A DNA stretch of 64,000 bases, taken from contig NIVC01003781.1 of NCBI GenBank assembly GCA_002269645.1, positions 1-64,000 on the forward strand. The letters run 5' to 3'. Below the pieces are notes generated by a model, which was given only the letters and a program-made list of their open reading frames with translations, made no database searches and was not told the DNA's origin. Source of the stretch: Macrostomum lignano (taxonomy: Eukaryota). Position 1 is the first letter of the stretch; the number at the start of each line of letters is the position of its first letter. Positions 12,401 through 24,731 of this stretch are shown piece by piece. The position numbers were made by a program, and so were the translations under genes.

Positions 12401-12935
12401 CGACTATTAAAACATTAAAAGCAGCTCATCCGGACAGCAGATATTGATAATTTGCACTGAGCTCAGGTCTAGTAATTTGCCTGTTTATTATCGTCTGACA
12501 TCGCATTGGATAAAATAGAAAACGGTTGATTAATTATCTACTGTAATACGAGCTGAGTGCTGTGGAGCAGAGCATGCAGTTTATTAACTCGAGAATCGTA
12601 CTCAATACACACACACGGCATAAACCAGGTGTGCAGGGAGCAAAAAGGCAGTTAAGCCAATGTACATGCACTTGCTGCGGCCTGCACTTGTCTAAGTGAA
12701 ACTGATTGCTATTAAACATGATTTTTGAAGGCCGGTTAATATTACTAGAAAGGGACTTTTGAGCGGAATAATTCTCTACCAGCAACTCATTATTTAACCT
12801 TTACAATTTTCATAAACCGGCCTTCTAAACTTTTATTAGCTACTGGTTTCTGTGCGTCCGATTTCAAAATTCTCGCTGCAGGCCAATTAAAAAGCGTTAG
12901 GCAGCAAGTCGGAGGGTAACTAGAACTCAATGGGG

Positions 12936-15104
12936 TCACTTGGCCCTCGGTACGGCGACCTTCTTTGTCTCCTGCACCTGCGGCTGTCCAGTCGGTCGCA
13001 GCTCCTCTAGGCGGCTCTGCAAATCGTCTATGCGAACATCCTTGAGGTGCAGCAGGTGCTCCAGGCGCCGGATCTTGGCCTGCAGGATCTCAACGGTCTC
13101 GTCCTTGGCGAGGCACTCCTGCACCTTCTCCTCGTAGGCGAGTCTGGTGACGTAGTCGGACTGGCCGATGTTCTGCAGGCTCTCCGACTTGCGCGGCGGC
13201 TGCTGCGTTGGACGGCCATAGCCGGCGGCTTTCGGCGATCGGCTGGGCGACATCTTGCTGACGCCGGCGCCGCCGTGCCGCAGGCTGGCCTGATCCGCCT
13301 CCGGTGCGTCTGAAGCGTGGGCCGCCTGCCGTAGTGAATGTGATTTTGTTTGCTTCCGTGGAGAAACTGCTCAGGGTTTGAGACTGCTCAGGGTTTGAGA
13401 CTGCTCAGGGTGTGAGACTGCTCAGGGTGTGAGACTGCTCAGGGTTTGAGACTGCTCAGGGTTTGAGACTGCTCAGGGTTTGAGACTGCTCAGGGTGTGA
13501 GACTGCTCAGGGTGTGAGACTGCTCAGGGTTTGAGACTGCTCAGGGTTTGAGACTGCTCAGGGTTTGAGACTGCTCAGGGTTTGAGACTTCTCAGGGTGT
13601 GAGACTGCTCAGGGTTTGAGCCTTCTCAGGGTTTGAGACTGCTCAGGGTTTGAGACTTCTCAGGGTGTGAGACTTCTCAGGGTTTGAGACTGCTCACTGC
13701 ATGTGCCAGGGTTTGAGACTTCTCAGGGTTTGAGACTGCTCAGGGTTTGAGACTTCTCAGGGTTTGAGACTTCTCAGGGTTTGAAACTGCTCAGGATTTG
13801 AGACTGCTTACTGCATGTGCCAGGGTTTGAGACTGCTTACTGCATGTGCCAGGGTTTGAGACTGCTCAGGGTTTGAGACTGCTCAGGGTTTGAGACTGCT
13901 CAGGGTTTGAGACTGCTCAGGGTTTGAGACTGCTCAGGGTTTGAGACTGCTCAGGGTTTGAGACTGCTCAGGGTTTGAGACTGCTCAGGGTTTGAGACTG
14001 CTCAGGGTTTGAGACTGCTCAGGGTTTGAGACTGCTCAGGGTTTGAGACTGCTCAGGGTTTGAGACTGCTCAGGGTTTGAGACTGCTCAGGGTTTGAGAC
14101 TGCTCAGGGTTTGAGACTGCTCAGGGTTTGAGACTGCTCAGGGTTTGAGACTGCTCAGGGTTTGAGACTGCTCAGGGTTTGAGACTGCTCAGGGTTTGAG
14201 ACTGCTCAGGGTTTGAGACTGCTCAGGGTTTGAGACTGCTCAGGGTTTGAGACTGCTCAGGGTTTGAGACTGCTCAGGGTTTGAGACTGCTCAAGGTTTG
14301 AGACTGCTCAGGGTTTGAGACTGCTCAGGGTTTGAGACTGCTCAGGGTTTGAGACTGCTCAGGGTTTGAGACTGCTCAGGGTTTGAGACTGCTCAGGGTT
14401 TGAGACTGCTCAGGGTTTGAGACTGCTCAGGGTTTGAGACTGCTCAGGGTTTGAGACTGCTCAGGGTTTGAGACTGCTCACTGCATGTGCCAGGGTTTGA
14501 GACTGCTCAGGGTTTGAGGCTGCTCAGGGTTTGAGGCTGCTCAGGGTTTGAGGCTGCTCAGGGTTTGAGGCTGCTCAGGGTTTGAGGCTGCTCAGGGTTT
14601 GAGGCTGCTCAGGGTTTGAGGCTGCTCAGGGTTTGAGGCTGCTCAGGGTTTGAGGCTGCTCAGGGTTTGAGGCTGCTCAGGTTTGGGACGGCTCATGCTC
14701 GAGTCCTTCTAAGATGTCGCTACAAACTCTGTCAAGCTCAGCCGACTCACTTTCTCCTCATAAAGTGACCGGTCCATCTTGGTCCGCAGCAGCAGCAGAA
14801 CCCGCTCGATGGTGCCCGCTTTCGCATTGATGATGGAGTCGATCACATCGTTTGAAAGCTCGAAGTTGAGCTTCTTGAATGTCTTCCAATTAAGAAGCAT
14901 CCAGTTCTTCTTCTTCTGCTCGGTGTTGTTGCACGGGTTGAAGTTGTGCAGGTCCACCAGCCGGGGGAAATAGTGCTTCACCACCTCTGCCATCAGAACG
15001 CCGTCGCTGAAGTCGCGGGCGATGTTCTTCTTGGGCCGGGACAGCGGGATCTGGTCGATCCAGGCGTACAGGTCCTGCAGGACCTCGTCGTCAATCTCCG
15101 CCAT
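12936..15104 (-). CDS. SPEF1: Sperm flagellar protein 1 (SPEF1/CLAMP), about 247 aa; complement join(12936..13325,14751..15104)
   Basis: CH-like N-terminus MAEIDDEVLQDLYAWIDQIPLSRPKKNIARDFSDGVLMAEVVKHYFP and C-terminal coiled coil ETVEILQAKIRRLEHLLHLKDVRIDDL, both typical of SPEF1. Phase-0 intron GTGAGT...GGCAG. An in-frame upstream ATG exists at 15146. Confidence 0.93.
13366..14682. repeat. 17-bp minisatellite (GGTTTGAGACTGCTCAG), about 77 units, filling the SPEF1 intron
   Basis: Near-perfect tandem array with variant blocks at both ends. Confidence 0.97.
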
Positions 15105-17588
15105 GCGGGAGCTGTCGGCTGCGGGACGGCAGAAAAATTTCGTCATTTTTTGGGAAACTCATTTTTCTAGGAATTTAATTCTCTAAAGTTCATTAAGCTC
15201 TTAATCGAATCGAATGTTCACAATTAAACCCAAGCGTTAGGCTAAAAAATCAAAGCATTAACTAGAAAGTCCGGAATGCAGTTCCATTCACTCACATTCA
15301 TTATGTAGCTGCCTATTGCTTGGCTATGCAGGAGCTATATTTCGCACATTGAGGCCAAAAAAATTATTACCCCTGGACCGAGCAGGACACGTGAACTATT
15401 TATTTCCTATTGAAATCCTATATAATTATTACAGTTTTACAGGCTTTGAAAATAATATAATTTTTTATATAAAAATACAACTCAGATCGCACTGTCCCAG
15501 TCTGCTGGTCTATAGGATTCAAATACGGCGGGAAACATATGTTGTGTAGACATTTTTTGTGAAATGGTTTAGAAGCGAATCAATATTGGTATAGGCAGAG
15601 ACAAATATAAAAAGTATTTTAATTAACTGTTTCGAGAATAGTTTTAGACTTCAGTGAGCGTGCATACATGAAAAAACATGACAAATATTTGCCTAAAAAT
15701 CTACCATATTAAAATAAGTTACTGTACTAAAGAAAGAGACAGTCATCAATTTTAATTTTTTAAAATGCAAACAAGCAATACGTTTTACTTGCATCAAATC
15801 ATTCCATTTGAGTCCATTGCACTTTAATTTTGCAGTTACTAGAACACATTCAATTATGATAAGAAGTTTTAAGTTTTAGGTTTTAGGCACAAAAACAACA
15901 TCAGACATAGACTTATGAGCATAAAAAGTAAAAGAATCAATGACAAAGAAATATTTCTAGAAAAATGGATCACGGTGACAGAGTTACCGAGACCAATTCC
16001 ATATAGTAGCAGCAGTATTAACTAAAATTTCTCTCGGCCAGTAACAAAATTAATTTCAAGCATGTAACTCAAGCAGTGACTATAGACACAATAAGGTTAC
16101 AATAGGAAATGGTTAATTTGTATAAAAACCTATGAAAAGCAAATAAATATATATAAGTTACCATAGTGAGCTCTAAAATATGCTAAAATGCGTCTTTAAA
16201 AGTTACTATTTTGTTTTTCTAAGTACACATATCTAAAATGGCGAAAATTTAGTTTGTGACTTTTAAGGAAATAAGTTCACAGACGACGCAGAACTTGCGA
16301 ATTTATAAACCACGACTTCATGGAGGCTTTTCATATTACCAATTTCAGAATCAGAATCGGTTCGGATCTTTCAAGAAAAACAGCAGTATAACTATTTAAT
16401 TCTGTTGAATGTTTGACTGCCTTAACAACCTCACTTACTGGTAGCACAATTTTTTTACTTTCTTCTTGGCGATTGTCATTCAATAATAAAAACTTTATAG
16501 CACGTATCTCCCTCTAGTTATGGAGACAAAAAGTTATACTTCACAAATTGGTTCTGGTTCTGGAACCAGAACAAGCAATATGAAAAGGCCCATGGACGTA
16601 TTTACTATTTACTATTTAATATTTTAGACTAAGATTTTGTAAACGCGTGTTCATAAATTTAGGTACCGTTTTTATTTTTATAGCTTACTCTGTTCACTAA
16701 ACGCTTTCCTCTATATTCTTTTCTCTAGCAAATCATGGAGATGAAGTAAAACGAAAGGTTAATTAAACATAGACTTTTATAACAATCTAAGCTTAATATA
16801 AATTTATTCTGCTATTAACGCCAAGACAAGTGTTTTGCTAAATAAAAATATATTTTTAATGTTAATCAACTTATCATGTCATTTTCTGAATTAAATTTTT
16901 ACTTGCATTATTAATTTGCATAAAAGCAAATAATGCAAAATTGTGCCAATGCCAATGTAATTCGCAAATACTAAATGTTTCATTTTCTCAAATTTATATA
17001 CTTAACACTCATGGTCAATCTCAAGCTTTTGGCTTCTATAGTGCTAACTTTTCTAGCATTTCCAACAATGGAAACTACTTATTAGGCTTCGTTTAATTTG
17101 GTAGAATAGGAATTAGGTGTGCCAGATTTTTTAAATTATTTTAAAACTTGGTTTTCTATATAAAACTTGGTTATATATTTAATATATATATACCTATTAA
17201 AAGTCAATTGCAATTCCAGTCTAGTATAATTTGACTAACAAGTAATACACACAGTTTAAAAAGTGAATTTTAAATACCAAATAGTGACAAAGTCATTTCT
17301 ACTATCTCTTATATGCTATAATAGTTACAGTATGATCTAAAGTACTTTTGTTTGAGAAGTTATCATCTTATACTTGTTTAAAAACATTGTATAGATATCT
17401 TTGATAATATAGCTAGCATATAAATTCAATCTTTGACATAAACCCATTTTTACTGATAAACAAGATTTAATTCATATTTTCAAGAAAAAGTAGCTTATAT
17501 CTCTTATTTTAATTTTACTAGGACAATTGAGAATAAAACCTAGCCCAATCCTAACTCTCTACATATAACCCAACTCTCTCTGCTATGC

Positions 17589-17840
17589 ATGTTGCCCCTA
17601 TCAGAATCCGTGGCCTCCCTGCAGGCCAACACCACCGCAGCTCTGGTCGCGGCCGCCCTGGTGGTTCTGTGCGCCATCTGCTCTGCCGGCTTCATGTGCT
17701 TCTGCCGGAAGCGCCTGCCGAGGAAGGGCAGCTACGAAACCAAGGAGGCCGAAGGCGCCGCAGTCACCGACAACGCCGATGAGGCCATCAGGCGGGGCCA
17801 GACTGGGCAGCCTGCGCTCAAGGAGGAGTTCTACATGTGA
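17589..17840 (+). CDS. Single-pass membrane protein with band-4.1-binding (4.1m) motif and PDZ-binding tail (glycophorin C/CADM/Caspr-like); complete 83-aa ORF or terminal exon (acceptors at 17604 or 17624)
   Basis: High-GC3 island in AT-rich DNA. TM ALVAAALVVLCAICSAGFMCFC, then RKRLPRKGSYETKEAEGAAVTDNADEAI (compare RHKGTYHTNEAKG...ADAA of glycophorin C/Caspr2), ending KEEFYM*. Confidence 0.8.
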   Translation: MLPLSESVASLQANTTAALVAAALVVLCAICSAGFMCFCRKRLPRKGSYETKEAEGAAVTDNADEAIRRGQTGQPALKEEFYM

Positions 17841-17863
17841 TTCGCTGTGACTCATTTCGTCTA

Positions 17864-18150
17864 TCTAGATTGGATCTAGTTCTCATTTAGATTGGATCTA
17901 GTTCTCATTTAGATTGGATCTAGTTCTCATTTAGATTGGATCTAGTTCTCATTTAGATTGGATCTAGTTCTCATTTAGATTGGATCGAGTTCTCATTTAG
18001 ATTGGATCTAGTTCTCATCTACGTGTAGATTGGATCTAGTTCTCATCTAGGTTAGATCTAGTTCTCATCTAGGTTAGATCTAGTTCTCATCTAGGTTAGA
18101 TCTAGTTCTCATCTAGGTTAGATCTAGTTCTCTCATCTAGATTAGATCTG
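17864..18150. repeat. 22-bp minisatellite (TAGATTGGATCTAGTTCTCATT, then CTAGGTTAGATCTAGTTCTCAT)
   Basis: Tandem units just after the 17840 stop. Confidence 0.9.
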
Positions 18151-18727
18151 GTTTGATCCAGAAGGTCTTCTATTCTAAATCTGGATTAAATCTTGTTCAG
18201 AATGAGATTAGAACAATTCTAGATCTATATCCGATCTATATTGTGTCCGCATGTGATGTACTTCTAAATGGAATCTACTTGTTATCTTATTGTAGTATTT
18301 GTAATTTTGTCCTGCTAAATTTCGCCCCCTGCCCTGTGCAAAGTATTCCTTCGCTTAATATTCCATCCTTATTTAGCCATTTATACATTATAGCATTATA
18401 CAATAGGCGCAAGTGTACCGCACGTGACCCCAAAAGCTCCCTCACCGCCGCGTGTCTCTTGGCCAGCTTTAATCAGCGAGTTTTCCAAGACACGCACAAT
18501 TACCTTTGTTTAACCTTTTTTCGATGGCTTTTCCATGGCTCGACTGCCGAGAGCTGTGAAATTTCTGTGGCAGACTCTGTCTCCGAAGCCGTCAAATTAA
18601 AATTTCTACTTCAAGGCCAATGAAACGCTTTACATGATTATTTGAATTATCAGGCTGCTTATTCAAAATCTCAAAGCTACTTGATTTTTTGTTCGTTCAT
18701 TTCTACTCTCAGTAGTATTTCAAGATA

Positions 18728-19399
18728 GATTCTGTGAGAGTCATCAGCATTCTGTGAGAGAAACATCAGCATTCTGTGTGAGAATCATCAGCATTCTGAG
18801 ATAATCATCAGCATTATGTGAGAATCATCAGCATTCTGGGAGAATCATCAGCATTCTGTGTGAGAATCATCAGCATTCTGTGAGAATCATCAGCATTCTG
18901 TGAGAATCATCAGCATTCTGAGATAATCATCAGCATTATGTGAGAATCATCAGCATTCTGTGAGAATCATCAGCATTATGTGAGAATCATCAGCATTCTG
19001 GGAGAATCATCAGCATTCTGTGTGAGAATCATCAGCATTCAGTGTGAGAATCATCAGCATTCAGTGTGAGAATCATCAGCATTCAGTGTGAGAATCATCA
19101 GCATTCAGTGTGAGAATCATCAGCATTCTGAGATAATCATCAGCATTCTGTGAGAATCATCAGCATTCAGTGTGAGAATCATCAGCATTGTGTGTGAGAA
19201 TCATCAGCATTCTGTGAGAATTATCAGCATTCTGTGAGAATCATCAGCATTCAGTGTGAGAATCATCAGCATTCTGAGATAATCATCAGCATTCTGTGTG
19301 AGAATCATCAGCATTCTGAGATAATCATCAGCATTCTGTGTGAGAATCATCAGCATTCAGTGTGAGAATCATCAGCATTCTGTGAGAATCATCAGCATT
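18728..19399. repeat. 20/22-bp minisatellite (GAGAATCATCAGCATTCTGT)
   Basis: Tandem periodicity. Confidence 0.95.
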
Positions 19400-21348
19400 T
19401 TTGCAGCGCAAATTCACAAGAAAATTCTTGCCCCATTTCGGGTCGTGTGGCGTGGGTTTGGATCCTTCAAAGCTTGAGCTGTTCCCATCGCCCTATTGTG
19501 AGTTGAGAGCAGATGAAAGGATCGTAGTTGGGTGCCTTGACTCAAAAGCGAAAGAAAATTGACTCAAAATTTTTTTTCTTTCAAGTCAACTTTTGCTAAC
19601 CAAACTTCTGCCGCCTCTTCTACAGAGCAGCGGCCTCAGCAGAGCCATTGTCTAACAAACTCTGGGTTGGAGCAGAGGCGCAGAGTTTTTCAGTGTAGGC
19701 AGGGTTGAAGCCCTGAGCGACACGCTTGGTAGATTCTCCAAGGTTCTGCCAGTAGCTTAGCCTGGCCTAAGGAACTCAACAATGTCTGCACTGTATGGGT
19801 GGGGGCTGCCAGTCCCAGTGACTGCGGAGCAGCCATGCGCTGTCCTACTGGATTCTCAGAGAATTTTGCTCCAGTTCTCCACCAATAATTTCTGGAAGTT
19901 ATTGCTTTAGTAGCTCTCTCGTTTGGCAGAGAGCTTAAGAAATGCTAGTAGAGCGCAGAGGTCACCCGGACAGGTAAAAAGTAATCACCGACTCGGTGAT
20001 CAAGCGTGCGGCAAGCGCTATGTCAGCTGAAAACAGCACTGCGTCTGTGTCAGACAATCTCTGCCCGAGTCTCTGAAGAAGAAGAAATTTCGGCTAAAAT
20101 GAGTTACACTGATTTTAATTTTTAACTAACCGAATGTCTTCGCTATTGTCTGTTGTCTCACACCTTGTCTGGTGTTATACCTGTTGTCTGCTTGTAGGGA
20201 GTGAAGTGAAATAAGGGATCCACCATAAAGTAGTTTTTTCTTTTGTTCTTTTTTAAGCTTATTCATCAAAAAAATAAAAGGGTTGCTATAAATGCAAAGA
20301 ATTTCATATACTAAAATTGATAGTGTGACTAAGATGTTTATTGAATTGATGGTAAGGCTAGTTCAAGGATTAGTTTACTTTTGCTTTTTAGGTGTTGGAT
20401 GAGTTTTATAATTACAAATGGAATGTTAAGGATGCTCTTGTAGTTGTTTGCTGTTCTATCTGCAAAATAAACATATTTTGTAATCATTGAAGCAGGTTTT
20501 AACTCGATCGATTCCTCAAACAATTCATTTGAGGTATGAGGTGTTTTTGGAATTTTTTTTTGCTGACGCTTGGCTTTGGCTTCATTTTTTGTAAGTTTGT
20601 AACATCTTTATTTACGAGCATTTGTATAAAATTAGTTTTTATTTCACCATAATTTAGGCCTTAATGCACACTGATTTATAACTGAGAAATGTGCCAGCAT
20701 TGTCAGGCGCGAAAATTCAGTTCCAGGCGCGAAAAAAATCGGTGCAGCTGAGTGGGACCAGTGAAAAAGTCAAAAACCAAGGTTTTGGCATTACTCGTAC
20801 CGCTCGCCGAATCTCGTTGCTGTAGGACCCGTTGAAGTTTTTCCAAGCAGTCTGTCTGGATTTCACTGTGACGCAGCGAGAAAACTGATGTTGATGACTA
20901 ATTTCAATGTGAAAGACTGCTTTTCAGTGGGATGATATCCAGTTTTAACGCTTAGGATGTGTCAACTTACATTACGAGCTTAGCTTAAAGCCAAGGAGTA
21001 GGCTGATCACCCTCACAAATTAAAGAAACCAATGACTCACTGATGAATTGCTTGCCAAGATTAAATATTAGTGCGATCGTTGAGACGTCAGATTCTTCTA
21101 AATATTTTAATATTAATTTCTTCTTTAAACATGAAAACAGGTGATTAGATTTTAGGCTGGGGAAAAACTTAAAAATTTTCAATTTAAACCTTTGAGTTCT
21201 GAAAAGTATTTGATAACCAGAAGCAAACGGAGGTCTGCAGTTTGGGAACAGCTCAATGAATCTTCATCCTAAATATCAAATCATATTGCGGCTTCTCAAG
21301 CCAAAGCCGCAATGCTGGGGGCTCCCAGAGCCAGTCTGCGATGCGGAC

Positions 21349-22068
21349 TCAGTCGAAGGGCGACACGCACTCGCAGAGGCCGAAGCTGGCCGATGTCAGA
21401 TCCGTCAGGCCGTCCCTGCCGTTCAGAGCGGCGAGCTTGTCCTGCCCGCCGTTGTCATCTGGCTCACCGGAATACCACAGGCTCGGGTCAACGGTGATGT
21501 TGCAGCCGACCCAGTACCAGCCGCCTGCCGGCTCCTCGCTGCCGGGAGCCTGGAAACCTCCGAGCCACAAATTGTTACCATCACGAAGCGACTCCACGTG
21601 GCTCATCTCTGAGCTGCTCGTCACGTCCGCCATGATCACCAGACCGCTCTCCGACTCGCATGTCGATTTTATGACGTCCCACGAGCCGCTGACCACCTTG
21701 TACTTGACTCCACACAAGTCGTCTCCGTATCCGGGCGGACACAGCAGTCCCGCCGGCAGTCCCGGCTGCTGCCTCACGAACACCCGGCCTCGTCTCGAGC
21801 AGCCGCAGTCCCTCACAGACTTGCTGCACTTGTTGAACTCGAACAGCTGACACGGACCGTCGGACAGGCTGAAGGCCTGGCACTGCGGCCTCAGGCCACA
21901 CAGGATGGCGCACTGCTCCTCAGACATCACGCCGTTGAGTGTCCTCACAAACGGACTGCTGATGCACAGGGAGCCGTTAATGGGCGCAAACTCGGTGCCG
22001 CACAGAGCAGCCGCCACAACCGCAGCTGTCAGCCCTAACATAGCGAGATGCACAAACACGGGGCGCAT
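21349..22068 (-). CDS. Secreted PAN/Apple + C-type lectin domain protein, copy A (239 aa, intronless)
   Basis: Signal peptide; PAN motif EQCAILCGLRPQCQAFSLSDGPCQL; long-form CTLD CPPGY...C, WLGG, EPD, LCEC. Confidence 0.88.
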   Translation of the reverse strand: MRPVFVHLAMLGLTAAVVAAALCGTEFAPINGSLCISSPFVRTLNGVMSEEQCAILCGLRPQCQAFSLSDGPCQLFEFNKCSKSVRDCGCSRRGRVFVRQQPGLPAGLLCPPGYGDDLCGVKYKVVSGSWDVIKSTCESESGLVIMADVTSSSEMSHVESLRDGNNLWLGGFQAPGSEEPAGGWYWVGCNITVDPSLWYSGEPDDNGGQDKLAALNGRDGLTDLTSASFGLCECVSPFD

Positions 22069-22795
22069 GGTGGCAGCTCTCTACTAGCCTGCTCTGAACG
22101 GAGCGGAAATCCTGGCTTGGGTTTTCCTGCTTCACCTGTTTTTTTCTCTTGGTTTTGCGCGGCACAGTTTGTTGTGACAACCGCCTGCATTTTATCATTG
22201 GCTGCCGCCGCTGTAATTGCCGATGAGATTCCCGCTGCCGGACAGTCTTCTTTTCCGCTAGGCTCTACTTCTGAGTAGTGCATAGAGATGTCTATGGACT
22301 GCTTATGCAATACTCGTACATTATTGATACTAGGCTGAAATGCGAGTACGTTTCGTTGCTAGGAATACATTTGTTTCTACTCAGTGTGAGCTTCTCAAAC
22401 GCTCAAGTTAGGAAGTTTCCCAGCTGCCGAAACTGATGCAGCATGCCTGCCATCTCACTGGCAGCTGTGTATACTACGTGAGCTAAGCACATTCACTCAG
22501 CCCCGATGCCAGGATTTCACTTTCAAATGGTTGGGATGGAAACTGCGTGTTAGTGCTTCTGTCAATAATTCAGAACGAGGCACCTGGGGTACCGAGTGCA
22601 GAAACACTTCTGTTACAAAGCAATAAAAAAGTGATGCGGGCATCAGAACAGCAGGATGACGCCGTTCAAAACCTTCAGCTTTGAGTTTTTTGCAGCGAAT
22701 CCAACCAATTTACTCGTAGTTGCTCAAAAGATAGTGCAGTAACCCGGCTCGGTTCGTGTGCCCAGCCCAAGTTTCTGATACTATAAGGTGGTACA

Positions 22796-22981
22796 AACAG
22801 GCGTGATGACGCTCTGCCAATGCTACATGAATACTGACAGGCGTGATGACGCTCTGCCAATGCTACATGAATACTGACAGGCGTGATGACGCTCTGCCAA
22901 TGCTACATGAATACTGACAGGCGTGATGACGCTCTGCCAATGCTATATGAATACTGACAGGCGTGATGACGCTCTGCCAAT
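22796..22981. repeat. 40-bp tandem repeat (GCGTGATGACGCTCTGCCAATGCTACATGAATACTGACAG), about 4.6 copies
   Basis: Near-perfect copies. Confidence 0.95.
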
Positions 22982-23937
22982 GCAGAGTGTGTTGCGACAC
23001 TCTCTGGTGCTTATACAGTGGTTCAGTATAAGTAAAAGTATATGATGGTATCCGCTCTCACGGCGTAATCACGTTCTGGCAAGAAGTTACTGTAGCTTCT
23101 TATCTATCCCTGCCTAACAAGCTTTCTGGAAAAGAAGGAATACTCAAAGCAGGCGGCTTACCAGTGCCCGAGGGCTGCTGAATGCGCTTTTATTTGAGTT
23201 CTCAACGACGGCGATAATTTGCCGATACCCGGGCCGGACTCGCTCGCAGGTCTCAGAGCGGTGCATGACTGGCTGATCTTTTGGCTTTAAGTCGATGTCT
23301 ACTATTTACGACAGTATCGTACTTCTCTGGCCCGTTCTGGGGCTTAGCTAAAGTTCTTTGCCTACTCTTAACCGAATCTGTTTCTGAGAATTTCTCAGAC
23401 CGCTGTGAGTCGTTCGGCGTCACAAAAAAGGCCGGGCGCAAAATAGAAAACAAGGGGGAAGGGAGACGGAGACGGCGCAGTGCGAGAAAAGGGCACACGA
23501 TAATACATAGCAGCTCAGGTCTTGGAGGGGGGCTGACGGCCCACCGGCTAAGCCGACAAAATAGAGACACGCACCGGCCAGCCAATCAAAACCCCGTCTG
23601 GGGGAATGAGGGTGCTGCACCCGCGCCAAAGCCGGCAGCTGGCGGCAGCCAACCAGCCCAGAGCACGGGGCAGGGCGCACGGCTGGGGAGGGGCACGCAC
23701 AAAGCCCAGCGGCCCGTCAGACCTCGCCACGCACGCCAACCCCCCCCCCCCAGTCAGCCCCAAAGTGCATCGCGCCCTGTAAAAAAACAAGGGCACATAC
23801 ACTACAATAGTAAACCCCTTATGAGATTTAAGAAAGTCAACCGCAAGCACATTCCCGTAAGTGCCTGTTTGCTCTTTGTCTTTTCCATTTTTAGACAGTC
23901 CGGTGGGAGTTTTACTTCACTTTTTAGATTTCCGATT

Positions 23938-24650
23938 TCAGTTGAATGGCGACTGGCACTCGCAGAGGCCGAAGCTGGCCGATGTCAGATCCGTAAGGCC
24001 GTCCCTGCCGTTCAGAGCGGCGAGTTTGTCCTGTCCACCTTTGTCATTTGGCTCATTGGGATGCCACAGGCTGCTGTCTATGGAGATGTTGCAGCTCAGC
24101 CAGTGCCAGCCACCGCTGGGTTCGATGCTACCTGGAGCTTGGAAGCCTCCGAGCCACATGGGACTTGAGCCTGTGTGCAGTGACCGGATCTGATTCACTT
24201 GGGTCAACTCCTCCGTGCTCGTCACGTCCGCCATGATCACCAGACCGCTCTCCGACTCGCATGTCGATTTTATGACGTCCCACGAGCCTTGTACTTGACT
24301 CCACAGAAGTCGTCTCCGTATCCGGGCGGACACAGCAGTCCCGCCGGCAGTCCCGGCTGCTGCCTCACGAACACCCGGCCTCGTCTCGAGCAGCCGCAGT
24401 CCCTCACAAACTTGCTGCACTTGTTGAACTCGAACAGCTGGCACGGACCGTCGGACAGGCTGAAGGCCTGGCACTGCGGCCTCAGGCGGCACAGAATGGC
24501 GCACTGCAGCTCCGAAGCGACTCCAGCGAAGGTTCGGACAAAGTCGCTATTGATGCACAGGGAGCCGTCGATCGGAGAGAACTTGGTGCTGCACTGTGAG
24601 GCAGCGGCTGCTGCAGCCGCAATCACCCAAATCGCTAGGCGGACCAGCAT
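23938..24650 (-). pseudogene. PAN + C-type lectin copy B, frameshifted by a 10-bp deletion (could still encode a 126-aa PAN-only secreted protein)
   Basis: Relative to copies A and E (CACGAGCC-GCTGACCACC-TTGTAC), 10 nt are missing between 24288 and 24289. The downstream CTLD is intact in another frame. Confidence 0.8.
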
Positions 24651-24731
24651 CTTGCAGCTGCCTGTCTGCCGCGGTCTGACGAAGACGCCTTCTCATGCGA
24701 ATCTTCCTTTCTATGCTCGCCAGCTAAATTA

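Noticed and set aside
8651-17605. Phase-compatible splice from ERM exon 6 to the 4.1m exon
   Set aside because: One-in-three coincidence; it would put the FERM-binding tail on the opposite side of the membrane from the FERM domain and skip a good poly(A) site.
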